NCBI GenBank assembly: GCA_024275095.1
Contig: JAJRZV010000050.1
Coordinates: 1,603-65,602, forward strand
Reading direction: 5' to 3'
DNA from: a bacterium
GTDB taxonomy: Bacteria > JAJRZV01
DNA: 64,000 bases
A program made the translations under genes and the position numbers. The notes beneath the pieces were generated by a model. That model worked only from the letters and a program-made list of their open reading frames with translations, was not told the origin of the DNA and did no database searches. Shown here in pieces: positions 52,932 through 63,169 of this stretch (positions are counted from its first letter, which is position 1; each line of letters opens with the position of its first letter).

Positions 52932-54425
52932 TTAGAGAATTGCAAGTACCCCTTCTGCAGCGTGATACCCTGCAGCCATAGCGGTGAGCATGGGGTTGAC
53001 TCCCGTGGGATAGGGAAAAATGCTGGTATCAGCAACAAATATTCTTTCACTGTAACGGAGTGACAGATCAGGTCTCACCGGATAACGCTCGGGGTTCTCT
53101 CCCGCACAGCATGTGCCCTGTGGATGGGCGGAGTATATGAATCCCTTCCCTTTTCTGAAAGAGATCGTATGTTCGTTTATTTCTTTTTCTCGTCTGTAAC
53201 GAATACCACCAGATGCGAGGATTACCACTTCCTTAGCACCTGAACGCAGCAATCCCCGAGCACATATAGCCACACCTCTGACAATACCTGTTTCGTCATC
53301 CGGAGCGAGATTGTAGAAAGGAAAGGGCCGATCGGCCCAGTGCGTGATAAAGCCCGAATGTGAATCGTATCGCTGAACAATAAACATGCTCATGTGACGG
53401 TACCTTTTCATGAGCTGCAGGTGTTCGGCGGGAGTGCCGGGTAATGCCACAGAGGTTGTTACCGGTAGCAGAAACATGCTTTCTATAACACATCCTGTTT
53501 CTTCAAAGAAGCTGTCGCAGTAGCCCTGCATTGGTATTCCGTCAAATCCATCCACAGTTTCTTCATGAATTCCAAATACAATGGCTGTGGGGTGTGTATA
53601 AAATCCTTTTCCTATACGCCCGTGTGGGTCTGGATGATCTGACATAAAAAGCAGCAAAGGGGTAAAGAGAGCTCCACATGAGATAACAACGGTACGGGCG
53701 GAGATGTGAAAGTAGGATATAGGAGAACCGTACTGGTCAATGAGTTGGCCTTTCACGTGGACGCGGCCATTCCTTTCTTTTACTTCTGTAGCTTTTGCAC
53801 CACAAAAGACTGTCAGGCCATTTTTCAACCCCTCAGGTATAAAGGTCATATCTGTTGACCTTTTCTTAAATGTAGGGCATCCGGTAATGCATGTGCCGCA
53901 ACCGTCACATCCAGGAGCATTTCTGCGCATGAGCTCGGGGGTGCCACCTGCTGCTTTCATGGCTTCCATGAAAATTTCACCGTTGCGATTGAGCATGTTC
54001 TCCGGTACTGGTCCTACTTTAAGTAGCTGTTCAATATCATCGTAATATTCGTCGAGTTTTTTCTCGGCCCAGCCGAGTCCTGCTTTGATCCATTTTTTTC
54101 GATGCTTTTGCGGCATCCTGAGAGCGCACGCCTGGTTGATGCGGGATGCTCCTCCTAAGGTCCGGCCCATAAGTACGGGTATGGGGGGATCGCCCATTGC
54201 TGCTGTAAGTCCGCCATCCCGGTAAAAGTGTATAAGAGCAAATGCTTCATCTCGTCCGTGGTATGTATATGAATGGTGCCAGCCTTCCTCCAGGAGGTAC
54301 ACTTTTTTACCAGCCATGGCCACCCGATAGGCACACGCTGCTCCTCCTGGTCCTGACCCAATTATTACTGTATCAGGTGTGGTATCAATAAAGGGGTGTT
54401 TGATAGTAAATGAGTCAAGAATCAC
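52932..54425 (-). CDS. GMC-family FAD-dependent oxidoreductase
   Basis: 497 aa, VIIGSGPGGAACAYRVAMAGKKVYLLEEG dinucleotide fold, GMC-like C-terminus. Confidence 0.8.
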   Translation of the reverse strand: MILDSFTIKHPFIDTTPDTVIIGSGPGGAACAYRVAMAGKKVYLLEEGWHHSYTYHGRDEAFALIHFYRDGGLTAAMGDPPIPVLMGRTLGGASRINQACALRMPQKHRKKWIKAGLGWAEKKLDEYYDDIEQLLKVGPVPENMLNRNGEIFMEAMKAAGGTPELMRRNAPGCDGCGTCITGCPTFKKRSTDMTFIPEGLKNGLTVFCGAKATEVKERNGRVHVKGQLIDQYGSPISYFHISARTVVISCGALFTPLLLFMSDHPDPHGRIGKGFYTHPTAIVFGIHEETVDGFDGIPMQGYCDSFFEETGCVIESMFLLPVTTSVALPGTPAEHLQLMKRYRHMSMFIVQRYDSHSGFITHWADRPFPFYNLAPDDETGIVRGVAICARGLLRSGAKEVVILASGGIRYRREKEINEHTISFRKGKGFIYSAHPQGTCCAGENPERYPVRPDLSLRYSERIFVADTSIFPYPTGVNPMLTAMAAGYHAAEGVLAIL

Positions 54426-54437
54426 AGTAAGTTTTTA

Positions 54438-55583
54438 TTACACCAATTTCCCCAGAATATCCATAAATTCGGAAATTGTGGTGCTGTGTTTGTCAAATTT
54501 AAACATTGACTGCAGCCGGTTCATGATCCCGTCCGCTGAAATAAAGTCGGCAATAAGTGTTACTTTCGCAAGCGAGAGAGAGGAGACGACCTTTCTTATG
54601 CGAAAACCTGCTTCTATTTCAGCATGAAATTCTGATGCAAACGCTGTTGTTACAGAACGCAGGTCACTTTGACCTCTGTGAAAAACGCGCATGAGTTCAC
54701 AAGCGAGAATTTCTGCGGATTTCATCCCGAACGATATGCCGCCGCCGGTGGTGGTTTTGACAAGTCCCGCCGCCTCTCCTGCAAGGGCAATGCGCCCTTT
54801 CGCAGCAAGGGGAGAAAGTCCCTGATTGATACGTCTTTTGAGAGGGCGAAAGTTTTTCTCGTTTCCGTTTATGTTGTGGCGCCTCAGGAATTCTTTAAAT
54901 ACTGCAAGAGGGGCATTGCCGGGTGTGAGTATACCTGTGCGGTATTGTGATTTTTTTTCAGGGATGATCCAGCCAAATCCCGACCCGAGTAATGATGGAG
55001 CATAATATACAAGCGTGTATTCGTCCTTCCATAAGCCCGGTAGTATCTGGTGAAACCCTGTGAATTGAACAGGTGGAGGCTTGAGCCCTGAACGCACTGC
55101 GAGCGTATTATCTGAGCCTGTAGCAAGCACTACAAAACGAGCCTTTATCAATTTCTGGCGCTCCTGATGGCGATATGTAATGTACACACAATGCTTGTTC
55201 TCAAGAACTCCTTCTGTACGCGCCTCTGTAACGATTTTTGCTCCATGGCACAGCGCACGCTGTTCTAAGTGATGATTGAAGCCTTCTCTGTCGATGATTA
55301 CACCTGCGGAATGGCTGATATCAACAAAGTATTCTTTCCCATTTTCCAGAAGCACCTTTACGCCGCCCATTTTTTTTCGTATTAAATGGGCGGGAATGTC
55401 GTACTCGTGTACGGTATTGAGGCTGATGACGCCTGCACATGCGACATCGGAACTCACACTCTTTTTTCGTTCAATTACACATACTTCCAGACCCTTTTCT
55501 GCCAGCAGTCCTGCAAGGTGAAGTCCGGTTGGGCCTGCTCCGATAATGACAACATCATAAAGTGACGAAGGAACTGTAACCAT
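54438..55583 (-). CDS. geranylgeranyl-reductase-family FAD-dependent oxidoreductase
   Basis: Internal ATG 55583 (GGAGG SD): MVTVPSSLYDVVIIGAGPTGLHLAGLLAEKGLEVCVIE..., 381 aa. Confidence 0.75.
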   Translation of the reverse strand: MVTVPSSLYDVVIIGAGPTGLHLAGLLAEKGLEVCVIERKKSVSSDVACAGVISLNTVHEYDIPAHLIRKKMGGVKVLLENGKEYFVDISHSAGVIIDREGFNHHLEQRALCHGAKIVTEARTEGVLENKHCVYITYRHQERQKLIKARFVVLATGSDNTLAVRSGLKPPPVQFTGFHQILPGLWKDEYTLVYYAPSLLGSGFGWIIPEKKSQYRTGILTPGNAPLAVFKEFLRRHNINGNEKNFRPLKRRINQGLSPLAAKGRIALAGEAAGLVKTTTGGGISFGMKSAEILACELMRVFHRGQSDLRSVTTAFASEFHAEIEAGFRIRKVVSSLSLAKVTLIADFISADGIMNRLQSMFKFDKHSTTISEFMDILGKLV

Positions 55584-56109
55584 TGAGTATAACCTCCGCT
55601 GCTTGTTCAAAATTTTCACAAATATGGTCAAATACTTCACGAGCATTCTTCTCATCCGGAGTTTTGGGACCTGTTTTCACAAGGATTGTTGTAACTCCTG
55701 CCCTCTTTCCTGCGAGTCCGTCTTCGATGCGGTCGCCAATCATAAAGGAATTTCGAGGGTCAGCGCCTGCATCTTTTAACGCTTTTTCCACCAGCAAAGG
55801 AGAAGGTTTGCGACACCTGCACCCCTCATCGGGAGTGTGGGGACAGAAGTAAAAGCGGTCTATGGTGATCCTGTACTTGGACAGAAGCATGCTCAATGCT
55901 TCATTGAAACAGTGCATCTCTTTTTCTGTATAAATGCCGCGACCGATCCCCGACTGATTGGTCACTACTGTAAAACGAAATCCTGCTCTTTGCAACAAAA
56001 TTAATCCTTTTATAACTCCGGGTAAAACTTGAAGTTCTTCTACCCTGTACGTGAACCCCGTATCTTTGTTAATCGTGCCGTCTCTGTCGAGGATAACAAG
56101 CTTCTTCAT
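55555..56109 (-). CDS. gmhB: D-glycero-D-manno-heptose-1,7-bisphosphate phosphatase (HAD-IIIA)
   Basis: 184 aa, ILDRDGTIN...VVTNQSGIGRG...CxC zinc site (CPHTPDEGCRCRKP). Confidence 0.75.
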   Translation of the reverse strand: MKKLVILDRDGTINKDTGFTYRVEELQVLPGVIKGLILLQRAGFRFTVVTNQSGIGRGIYTEKEMHCFNEALSMLLSKYRITIDRFYFCPHTPDEGCRCRKPSPLLVEKALKDAGADPRNSFMIGDRIEDGLAGKRAGVTTILVKTGPKTPDEKNAREVFDHICENFEQAAEVILNGYSSFVTL

Positions 56110-56711
56110 GTGGATTCCTCTATGTGTTCGTCAATGTAACGGCACAGTGCATGTATGAGGAATAGATGGGCTTCCTGTACAAGCGCCGTTTCTTCCGAGG
56201 GCACGCGAATGATATGCAGACCCCTTGGACATCGCGTGCGCTCTGGTTGAAAACTGTGACCGGTAAAAAGTGCGGTTTTCATTTGAAGTTTTCCTGCTTC
56301 TTCCAGTGCCATCAGTATGTTGGGGCTTCTACCAGAGGCGGAAAAAGCAATAAGCATATCCTCTGGATTACCCAGTGCTTTTATCTGAACGGCAAATATT
56401 TGTTCATAACTTTTATCATTAGCAACTGCCGTGATTATCGCGGGGTCTGTGGAAAGGGCTATGCATGGAACGTGTTGCCTTTTCCTTTGAAATCTCCAGA
56501 CAAGCTCTGACGCAAGGTGAGATGCCTGAGCAGCGCTGCCTCCATTTCCACACGTGAGAATTTTCCGGCCTTTGAGAATTGTCTCGAGCACAGCATTGCA
56601 TAGTGTTGAGAAATCTTCTTCTATGCAGGAAAGCTGTTGAATTACGTTTATGTGATTGTTTATCAGGTGCGTCAATTCAAGATTTTTCATTTTTATTTTC
56701 TTTCGTGTCAT
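56106..56711 (-). CDS. gmhA: phosphoheptose isomerase (SIS domain)
   Basis: 201 aa, ...ILTCGNGGSAAQASHLASEL...; ATGA overlaps on both sides. Confidence 0.85.
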   Translation of the reverse strand: MTRKKIKMKNLELTHLINNHINVIQQLSCIEEDFSTLCNAVLETILKGRKILTCGNGGSAAQASHLASELVWRFQRKRQHVPCIALSTDPAIITAVANDKSYEQIFAVQIKALGNPEDMLIAFSASGRSPNILMALEEAGKLQMKTALFTGHSFQPERTRCPRGLHIIRVPSEETALVQEAHLFLIHALCRYIDEHIEEST

Positions 56712-59470
56712 TTAAAGTAAAAATCCACAATCGGCCTTAATGCTTCTACAGTACATAAATTATGATGGCATTTTACCTCAGCTGCCTTTTCTCCTGCCAT
56801 GTTTATTGCGCGGGCAAAGCTGGCTCCCCGGGGAAGCTGTACTTTTGCGCTCTGGAGGCCTTCGGCAAATCCGGGGAAGAGTATCCGGAGCCTGAAAGCA
56901 TTATTTGTGGGCATGAGTGATGTGGCGATCCCATCGCCGTACACGGAAACAAACCCGTTTTCTTTCTCTGGTGCTGAATACATACCGAGTAATTTTTCGT
57001 ATGCAGGTTCTCCGTTAAAGGCTATTGCGGCTTTCCATGCCGCTACATGATCGAATGTCTGACGGGGCACGATGCGAAGGGTGCGCGTGTAGGTTCCGGA
57101 ACTCGAGGCATAAAATGTGGGCACGGTGAGAAGGCGGCACTTTTCCAGGCTCACGTTTCTCAGGATTACCGCTTCTATACTTCCGTCTTCCTCGTAATGC
57201 CAGGCCTGAATGCCCCGGTTGAGGATCAGCACGTTTCCATCTGCATTTCCAAAGGCAACCCATTCTGATGACGGCCAGAAGGTGGGGTTGAATATTTTTT
57301 GGGACACTCGCTTGACCTGTCCAAAAGGAGCTGAAAACCACGCCTCGTCCACAGGTGATTGTACAGATAGCTGGAGCGTGACCGTTGTCCCTTCATAGGC
57401 CCGGCCCGAAACTTCCAGGTCCAGGTATTTCTGGTAAGCATAAAAATGATATTCAACCGTTACACCAAGGTCCTGATACTCGATTTTTACTGTAATGCGG
57501 CTTTTTCCTGCCTTGACCGTTATATTTTGCTGTGCTTCTGAGGGTTTCTTTGAGAGCTGAAATGTGCAGCCTTCCATCTCGTGCCCGAATTCCCAAGGTC
57601 CTCCATCATCCTTGTAAGAGGCGGGATAGAACGAGCTGTCACCAAGATACTCATGACCTTCAGAGTCTTCAAGTGACCTGAGGGCCCAGAAAGGCTCGGA
57701 GGTGAATTCGGCTTTCAGGTAAGGGGTGGATACGCGGATTTCGTTATATGAGGCTGAGGTGGAAGGAGAACCATTACGGTAGTAGGTGATGGTGATGGGA
57801 GAGGGTACAGTGGTTGCAAGAAGTTTGACTTTTTTATAACCATACGCAGGGACGTCAAGTACATCAGCTTCGTATATATTGGCAAATGTGCCGCTCGTGG
57901 TTTTTACTGAGTAACGGTAATCTGCTGGTACGGTAACAGAAGCCCCGTTTACGTAAAATGTGGCAGCGGTGAATTGTGACAGTTCCTGACCCTGGGAATA
58001 CGTGATTAACTGAGCATGTATTGAGGAAGTAACTCCCGCGGGATTAAACACGACCGCTTCGTTTCCCACAGGTGAAAGTTCTATCCATCCGCTGGTGGCA
58101 AGGCGCGAAAGAAAGTGACGGGCTGTTTGGGAAGCTAAGGAGTTCAGGTTTTCCAGCCAGGGGAGTTGCTCGGTTTCAAACACAGGGTCCGGACTTGTGC
58201 CTGTAATAAAATCGTGGTGATTCGTAAAGGAGTTTTTCCACCACAAATCCTTTATTTCTTCGGCGCGGTCTTCACGTGAAGCCGCTCCGAAAAAGATCGC
58301 CTCTGTTCTCAATGCCTCCATGGTCAGGAGAAGGTAAAGGTTTTCACGCGCCATGTCCTTGATTTCCGGCCTTGAGGCGTAAAACCCCATAAAGTATGGA
58401 TTGAGATCTGCTGTCATTACCGGGATCTCATCCCTGTGTTCCCACACGAGCTCCCCGTAATCCTGAAAAGAGGCAAGCACAACATAGGTTCCTGTTGAGG
58501 GGTACCGGTACTCGTTCCACCATTTTACGTACAGGTCGAGTCCTTTTTTGGGCATTTCAAAATCACATCCTATGGGAATAAATATGTAGGGCGTGGGTGA
58601 TAGGGGTTGCATGAGATTGATAAGGTGTTGCATTTCTTCGAGTACCAGTTTTTTGTTGGTGGAGCCGGGCGTGAATACGTTGTTTACCACTGATATTGGT
58701 ACCCCGCTGTCAATGCTTCCACCGAGGCAGTAGAGATTGTAAGGCATCCAGTGTGCGACGACCTCTCCACCCATGGGACCACGCCACAGAAAATCTGCAG
58801 AACCTGAATTTTTCAGGATCCATGCGGTGGAATATGGAACGGGGTCAAGGGACTCAAGTCCCATTACCTGCTGGATAGCCTCGTCCAGTTCGGAAGTGGT
58901 ACCGTCTATTCGCGCGAAGGCGACTGATCTGTAACCCATGTAGGAAAGAATATCCGGCAGGGTTGGGGTATGGCCGAATGAATCGGGGAGCCACGCTGCG
59001 GATATGTTTACCTTTTCTATGTGTTCTGCAAGCCACTGCATTCCCATTTCGTAGTCCATGAGGAGGGACTCACCGGAAGGAAGCAGTGTATCTGGAGATG
59101 TAAATCCTCCTCCTATTATGCGGAATTTGCCTCTCGCAACAGCACTTTTAAGTACGTCCCGGTATTCCGGGTGGTCTTCGTAAAACTTTTTCAAGAAGGC
59201 AAGAATGCCTGCTGTGTAGACATAATTGCTACGCGTATTTACCAGCTCCAGTGCGCTGATATATATGTTTTCGACGACTTTTTCGTAGTAGTCTTCAAAT
59301 GTCATGAGCCAGTCCGGATCAAGATGAGCCGTCTGCTGGAGGATTACAACGGTTTTCGCACTGTCGGGAACGCCGAGCCGATGCCTGATTTCTTTTTCCT
59401 TGCCGGTGCCGCCGCATGATGAAAGGAGAAGGAGAGTCACGAGAGCTGAAATTCCATATTTGATTTTCAT
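56708..59470 (-). CDS. GH38-like alpha-mannosidase-family lipoprotein
   Basis: 920 aa, MKIKYGISALVTLLLLSSCGG lipobox; N-terminal QQTAHLDPDWL and WLPDSFGHT match GH38 metal-site and catalytic blocks. Confidence 0.7.
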   Translation of the reverse strand: MKIKYGISALVTLLLLSSCGGTGKEKEIRHRLGVPDSAKTVVILQQTAHLDPDWLMTFEDYYEKVVENIYISALELVNTRSNYVYTAGILAFLKKFYEDHPEYRDVLKSAVARGKFRIIGGGFTSPDTLLPSGESLLMDYEMGMQWLAEHIEKVNISAAWLPDSFGHTPTLPDILSYMGYRSVAFARIDGTTSELDEAIQQVMGLESLDPVPYSTAWILKNSGSADFLWRGPMGGEVVAHWMPYNLYCLGGSIDSGVPISVVNNVFTPGSTNKKLVLEEMQHLINLMQPLSPTPYIFIPIGCDFEMPKKGLDLYVKWWNEYRYPSTGTYVVLASFQDYGELVWEHRDEIPVMTADLNPYFMGFYASRPEIKDMARENLYLLLTMEALRTEAIFFGAASREDRAEEIKDLWWKNSFTNHHDFITGTSPDPVFETEQLPWLENLNSLASQTARHFLSRLATSGWIELSPVGNEAVVFNPAGVTSSIHAQLITYSQGQELSQFTAATFYVNGASVTVPADYRYSVKTTSGTFANIYEADVLDVPAYGYKKVKLLATTVPSPITITYYRNGSPSTSASYNEIRVSTPYLKAEFTSEPFWALRSLEDSEGHEYLGDSSFYPASYKDDGGPWEFGHEMEGCTFQLSKKPSEAQQNITVKAGKSRITVKIEYQDLGVTVEYHFYAYQKYLDLEVSGRAYEGTTVTLQLSVQSPVDEAWFSAPFGQVKRVSQKIFNPTFWPSSEWVAFGNADGNVLILNRGIQAWHYEEDGSIEAVILRNVSLEKCRLLTVPTFYASSSGTYTRTLRIVPRQTFDHVAAWKAAIAFNGEPAYEKLLGMYSAPEKENGFVSVYGDGIATSLMPTNNAFRLRILFPGFAEGLQSAKVQLPRGASFARAINMAGEKAAEVKCHHNLCTVEALRPIVDFYFK

Positions 59471-60396
59471 TTTCTCACGTACCTTCCATCACCTGTTTTT
59501 TCTATGAGCCCTTTTTTCAACAACCTTTGCATGTGTTTTTCTATCATCTGGGCCTCCATAAAGTTAATCATGAAATCATTTTTCATGCCGCTTTTACCGT
59601 ATATAGGGTGCAGGTTGAGCAGAGAATTCAAATCCATCGGCTTTTTCAAAAGTTCCAGAAACATTTCATCCCTTTGCTGAATGATATTTTGATACCGCCG
59701 AATTTCTTCTTCCAGTTCCTCTGCGTAAACCACCCATCTTTCGTGTGCGGTTACCACGTATCGTGGTGACATTTGGCGAATTTTTTCGAGGGTAGCAATG
59801 AAGTCTTCTATACTGGAACAGGCGTTTCCGTACCAGGGTCCGAAGTCGGTAAAGTCCACGTCGGCGGTGAAGAGCAGGTTGTATTCGGGAATGAGGAAAC
59901 CTGAATGACCTTTTGTGTGGCCGGGCAGATGTACGACCTGCAGAGTGACAGACCCAAGGGAGAAGGAGTCTCCGTCTTTGTAAAAGTTGTGAACTTCCGG
60001 CATGCGCCAGCTACGGCTTTCCAGACGCTTAAACCATTGAGTTTCGTAAGGTGACCCCAAAATTCCTGTATGTTGGGCCAATCCTTCAATACCGGAGAAA
60101 GCGAGCCGGTCTGGTGCCGGTGCATAGAATTCACAGTGAAAGAGCTGGTGATACCTGATATGGTCAGTGTGATAGTGGGTGAAAAGTAACATTTCAGTTC
60201 GAGAAGTAATTGCTTCTATTGCACTCCGGGATGAATGGGGGTCAACGACAACTACTCTGTCTTCTCCGATGACGAGTGTATTGCAGTAAGGGTACCGCCC
60301 CGTGTTGTCTCCCCTGAGTATGAGCAGACCGGGAGCCTCTATTTTCTCCTCCGATATAATGAGTTCACCATTGTGTACAGCGGTTCTGCACATCAT
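59467..60396 (-). CDS. metallo-beta-lactamase-fold hydrolase
   Basis: 309 aa, HYHTDHI motif; ATGA overlaps both neighbours. Confidence 0.7.
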   Translation of the reverse strand: MMCRTAVHNGELIISEEKIEAPGLLILRGDNTGRYPYCNTLVIGEDRVVVVDPHSSRSAIEAITSRTEMLLFTHYHTDHIRYHQLFHCEFYAPAPDRLAFSGIEGLAQHTGILGSPYETQWFKRLESRSWRMPEVHNFYKDGDSFSLGSVTLQVVHLPGHTKGHSGFLIPEYNLLFTADVDFTDFGPWYGNACSSIEDFIATLEKIRQMSPRYVVTAHERWVVYAEELEEEIRRYQNIIQQRDEMFLELLKKPMDLNSLLNLHPIYGKSGMKNDFMINFMEAQMIEKHMQRLLKKGLIEKTGDGRYVRK

Positions 60397-60914
60397 TTTT
60401 CTCCCGGGGTATAAGCAATCCCTCTCTTTTCAAGCGCTTCTTTCCACGCTTCAACCATTCTTTCATCTATATCTACAAAAATGATGTCCAGGTTTTCAGG
60501 TTGAACCTCGCTGATTGCTTTTATCATAGCATTTGCAGAGTCTGCATGTGAAACACCTCCAACACCTGTGCCCATTCCCGGGACGGCGATACTTTTGAAC
60601 CCGTTTTCGACCGCTACCCGCAACGCAGCCGCTGTGGCTTTCTTGATTTTTTCGGGTGTTGACGGCATGGCCGGTTGTTCCATCGTAGGGGCATGTATAA
60701 TACCTTTAAAGGGAAGTGACCCTGCTGTTGTCAGTACTGCCCGGCCTACAGGCGTGGGCCCCTTTTTCACGGCTTCCTCTTCTATCTCTTTGCCACCAGC
60801 GCGTTTTATTACCCCTGCAACACCACCCCCCATGTAACCCATGGAATTGGCGGCATTGACGATAACGTCCGCTTCAACCTCCAGGATGCTCCCTTTAACA
60901 ACCCTTATTTTCAT
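60393..60914 (-). CDS. macro-domain protein (ADP-ribose / O-acetyl-ADP-ribose processing)
   Basis: 173 aa, ...ADVIVNAANSMGYMGGGVAGVIKRAGG... canonical macro motifs. Confidence 0.85.
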   Translation of the reverse strand: MKIRVVKGSILEVEADVIVNAANSMGYMGGGVAGVIKRAGGKEIEEEAVKKGPTPVGRAVLTTAGSLPFKGIIHAPTMEQPAMPSTPEKIKKATAAALRVAVENGFKSIAVPGMGTGVGGVSHADSANAMIKAISEVQPENLDIIFVDIDERMVEAWKEALEKRGIAYTPGEK

Positions 60915-61921
60915 TGCACGGACCTCCTCAACTCTTCAAGTTTGTCACGGGCAGCGCCCGATTTCAAAACTTCTTCCATTAAGGCCAGGCCGTCTTCCAG
61001 CGAAGCGGCGAGACCTGCCGCCAGTGCAGCGAGACCTGCATTGATAAGGAAGAATTCTACGCGTGCAGGTTGCCCCTTTCCTGATAGTAAATCAATGATG
61101 ACCTCTGCACTTTCACCGGGAGATCGAACCCTCAGTTCTTCAATGTCGCGTTTTCTGAATCCGTACTCTTCGGGCCTGATGGTGTATTCGTTTTCAATGC
61201 CTTCGATGCGGGACCATACAGTTGACGGCCCTGTAACAGAGGCTTCGTCAAGGCCACTGCCGTGAACTATCAGGAGTCGCTGGAAAGGGATATGCGAAGC
61301 TGCTTTAAAGATTTTTTCTGCGGTGTAACCGTCGAATACCCCGATGAGCTGACAGGTAGCACCCGCTGGATTGGTCAGAGGGCCCAGTATGTTGAAGATC
61401 GTTCTTGTGCCGAGAGATCGTCTTACCGGCATGGCGTGCTTCATGGCAGGGTGATAAAGCGGGGCGAATAGAAATGTATATCTGTACTCGTTGAGCTGGC
61501 GCGCAGCTTCTTCCGGAGGATTTTCAATGGGAACACCGAGAGCTTCCAGTACATCCGCGCTGCCGGTGCGTGAAGACACTGACCGGTTCCCGTGTTTGGC
61601 CACCTTTGCTCCCGCTGCAGCCAGAGCTATGGACACGGCTGTGGATACGTTGAATGTTCCTGTGCCGTCTCCCCCTGTTCCACAGGTGTCGCATACTGTA
61701 AACTCGCCGGTGTCCACTTTAAGTGCTGCATTCCTCATTGCCATAGCTGCTCCCGCAATCTCATCCGGACTTTCCCCTTTCATTCGCAGGGCAGTGAGCA
61801 CAGCAGAGATTTTTGCCTCGTCCAGTTCTCCTGACATGATAGAGGAGAACAGGTCTCTGGATTCTGTGAAGGAAAGATTTTCTTTGTTAAAAAGTTTTTC
61901 AAGGATTTTTGAAAATTCCAT
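60911..61921 (-). CDS. trpD: anthranilate phosphoribosyltransferase
   Basis: 336 aa, DTCGTGGDGTGTFNVSTA...KHGNRSVSS TrpD signature. Confidence 0.9.
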   Translation of the reverse strand: MEFSKILEKLFNKENLSFTESRDLFSSIMSGELDEAKISAVLTALRMKGESPDEIAGAAMAMRNAALKVDTGEFTVCDTCGTGGDGTGTFNVSTAVSIALAAAGAKVAKHGNRSVSSRTGSADVLEALGVPIENPPEEAARQLNEYRYTFLFAPLYHPAMKHAMPVRRSLGTRTIFNILGPLTNPAGATCQLIGVFDGYTAEKIFKAASHIPFQRLLIVHGSGLDEASVTGPSTVWSRIEGIENEYTIRPEEYGFRKRDIEELRVRSPGESAEVIIDLLSGKGQPARVEFFLINAGLAALAAGLAASLEDGLALMEEVLKSGAARDKLEELRRSVQ

Positions 61922-61923
61922 CT

Positions 61924-63060
61924 TTATCGCTCCTGAAGATATTTGCGAATGCGCTTAAAACCTTCTTTTATTTTATCTTCAGAAACAGAATATGAAAAAC
62001 GTAGATGCCCTTCCGAAACTTCGCCGAAATCCACGCCGGGTGTCACTGCGACATGAGCTTTTTCCAGAAGTTCAAAAGCTCCTTCCAGGGAGCGGGGGAA
62101 AAGTTTTTTTACATTAACGAGAAAGTAGAAAGCTCCGCTTGGACGATATCTCACTTCAAACCCCGTATTGATCAACTCTTCGTACATGATGTCTCGACGT
62201 TTCATGTATTCATGTTTAACTTTTTCTACAAAATTTTTACCTTCTCTCAAAGCAACAATCCCTGCGTGCTGAACAAAGGCATTGGTGGAGATAAAAAAGT
62301 TTTGCTGCATTTTCTGGACGGCGTCGAGGTAGGGCCTGGGAACGATGAGGTAGCCCAATCTCCAGCCTGTCATGGCATAGGCCTTGGAAAATCCGTTGAC
62401 CACAAAGGCGTCTTCTGAAAAGCACAGGGCCGAAGTAACCTCGGTTCCGTAGTTGAGACCGTGATAGATCTCGTCCGAAATGATCGTGGGGCCGAGGTTG
62501 CAGATTTCCTTCAACACATCTTCCGGAATCACTGCTCCTGTTGGATTGGCCGGTGAGTTGATGATAATGGCACGCGTGCGAGGTGTAATATGTTTTTTGA
62601 GCAGCGAGGGGTTGGGTATATATCCTTCATCCTCTCGTAATGGTACACGCCGGATCTTCCCGCCCAGAAATCTGACAAAGTTGTGATAACATGGATATCC
62701 AGGATCGGTGATAATAACTTCTTCATTTTCATTGAGAAGGCAGCCGAATGCCAGCAACATGGCAGGTGATGTTCCAGGCGTGACCACCACACATTCAGGG
62801 TCCACATGGACACTGTAGGTGGTGGCATAATGGCGCGCAATTTCCTCCCTTAATTCCTGAATTCCCAAACTGTGAGTGTAACGTGTCTCACCTCTTTCTA
62901 CAGCTTCCCGTAATGCGATGACCACCTCTGAAGGTGTATCGAAGTCGGGTTCTCCCACTTCCATGTGGACAATATCCACCCCCTGTTTTTCCAGCTCCTG
63001 GGCTCTCTCGAGAACGTCCATCACTTTAAAAGTGGTCATATGCTTAAGATGGGCTCTCAT
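61924..63060 (-). CDS. class I/II PLP aminotransferase (aspartate/aromatic type)
   Basis: 378 aa, ...NSPANPTGAV... and SKAYAMTGWRLGY (PLP lysine region). Confidence 0.85.
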   Translation of the reverse strand: MRAHLKHMTTFKVMDVLERAQELEKQGVDIVHMEVGEPDFDTPSEVVIALREAVERGETRYTHSLGIQELREEIARHYATTYSVHVDPECVVVTPGTSPAMLLAFGCLLNENEEVIITDPGYPCYHNFVRFLGGKIRRVPLREDEGYIPNPSLLKKHITPRTRAIIINSPANPTGAVIPEDVLKEICNLGPTIISDEIYHGLNYGTEVTSALCFSEDAFVVNGFSKAYAMTGWRLGYLIVPRPYLDAVQKMQQNFFISTNAFVQHAGIVALREGKNFVEKVKHEYMKRRDIMYEELINTGFEVRYRPSGAFYFLVNVKKLFPRSLEGAFELLEKAHVAVTPGVDFGEVSEGHLRFSYSVSEDKIKEGFKRIRKYLQER

Positions 63061-63169
63061 GATTTCTGGCCTCCTTAAAGACTCTCATGTGCACGTTTTA
63101 CTATATTTTTATACTTTACTCTCGTCTGTGGCCGTAATATAAAAAGCACAATCTGGGGAGGAGGGACAA

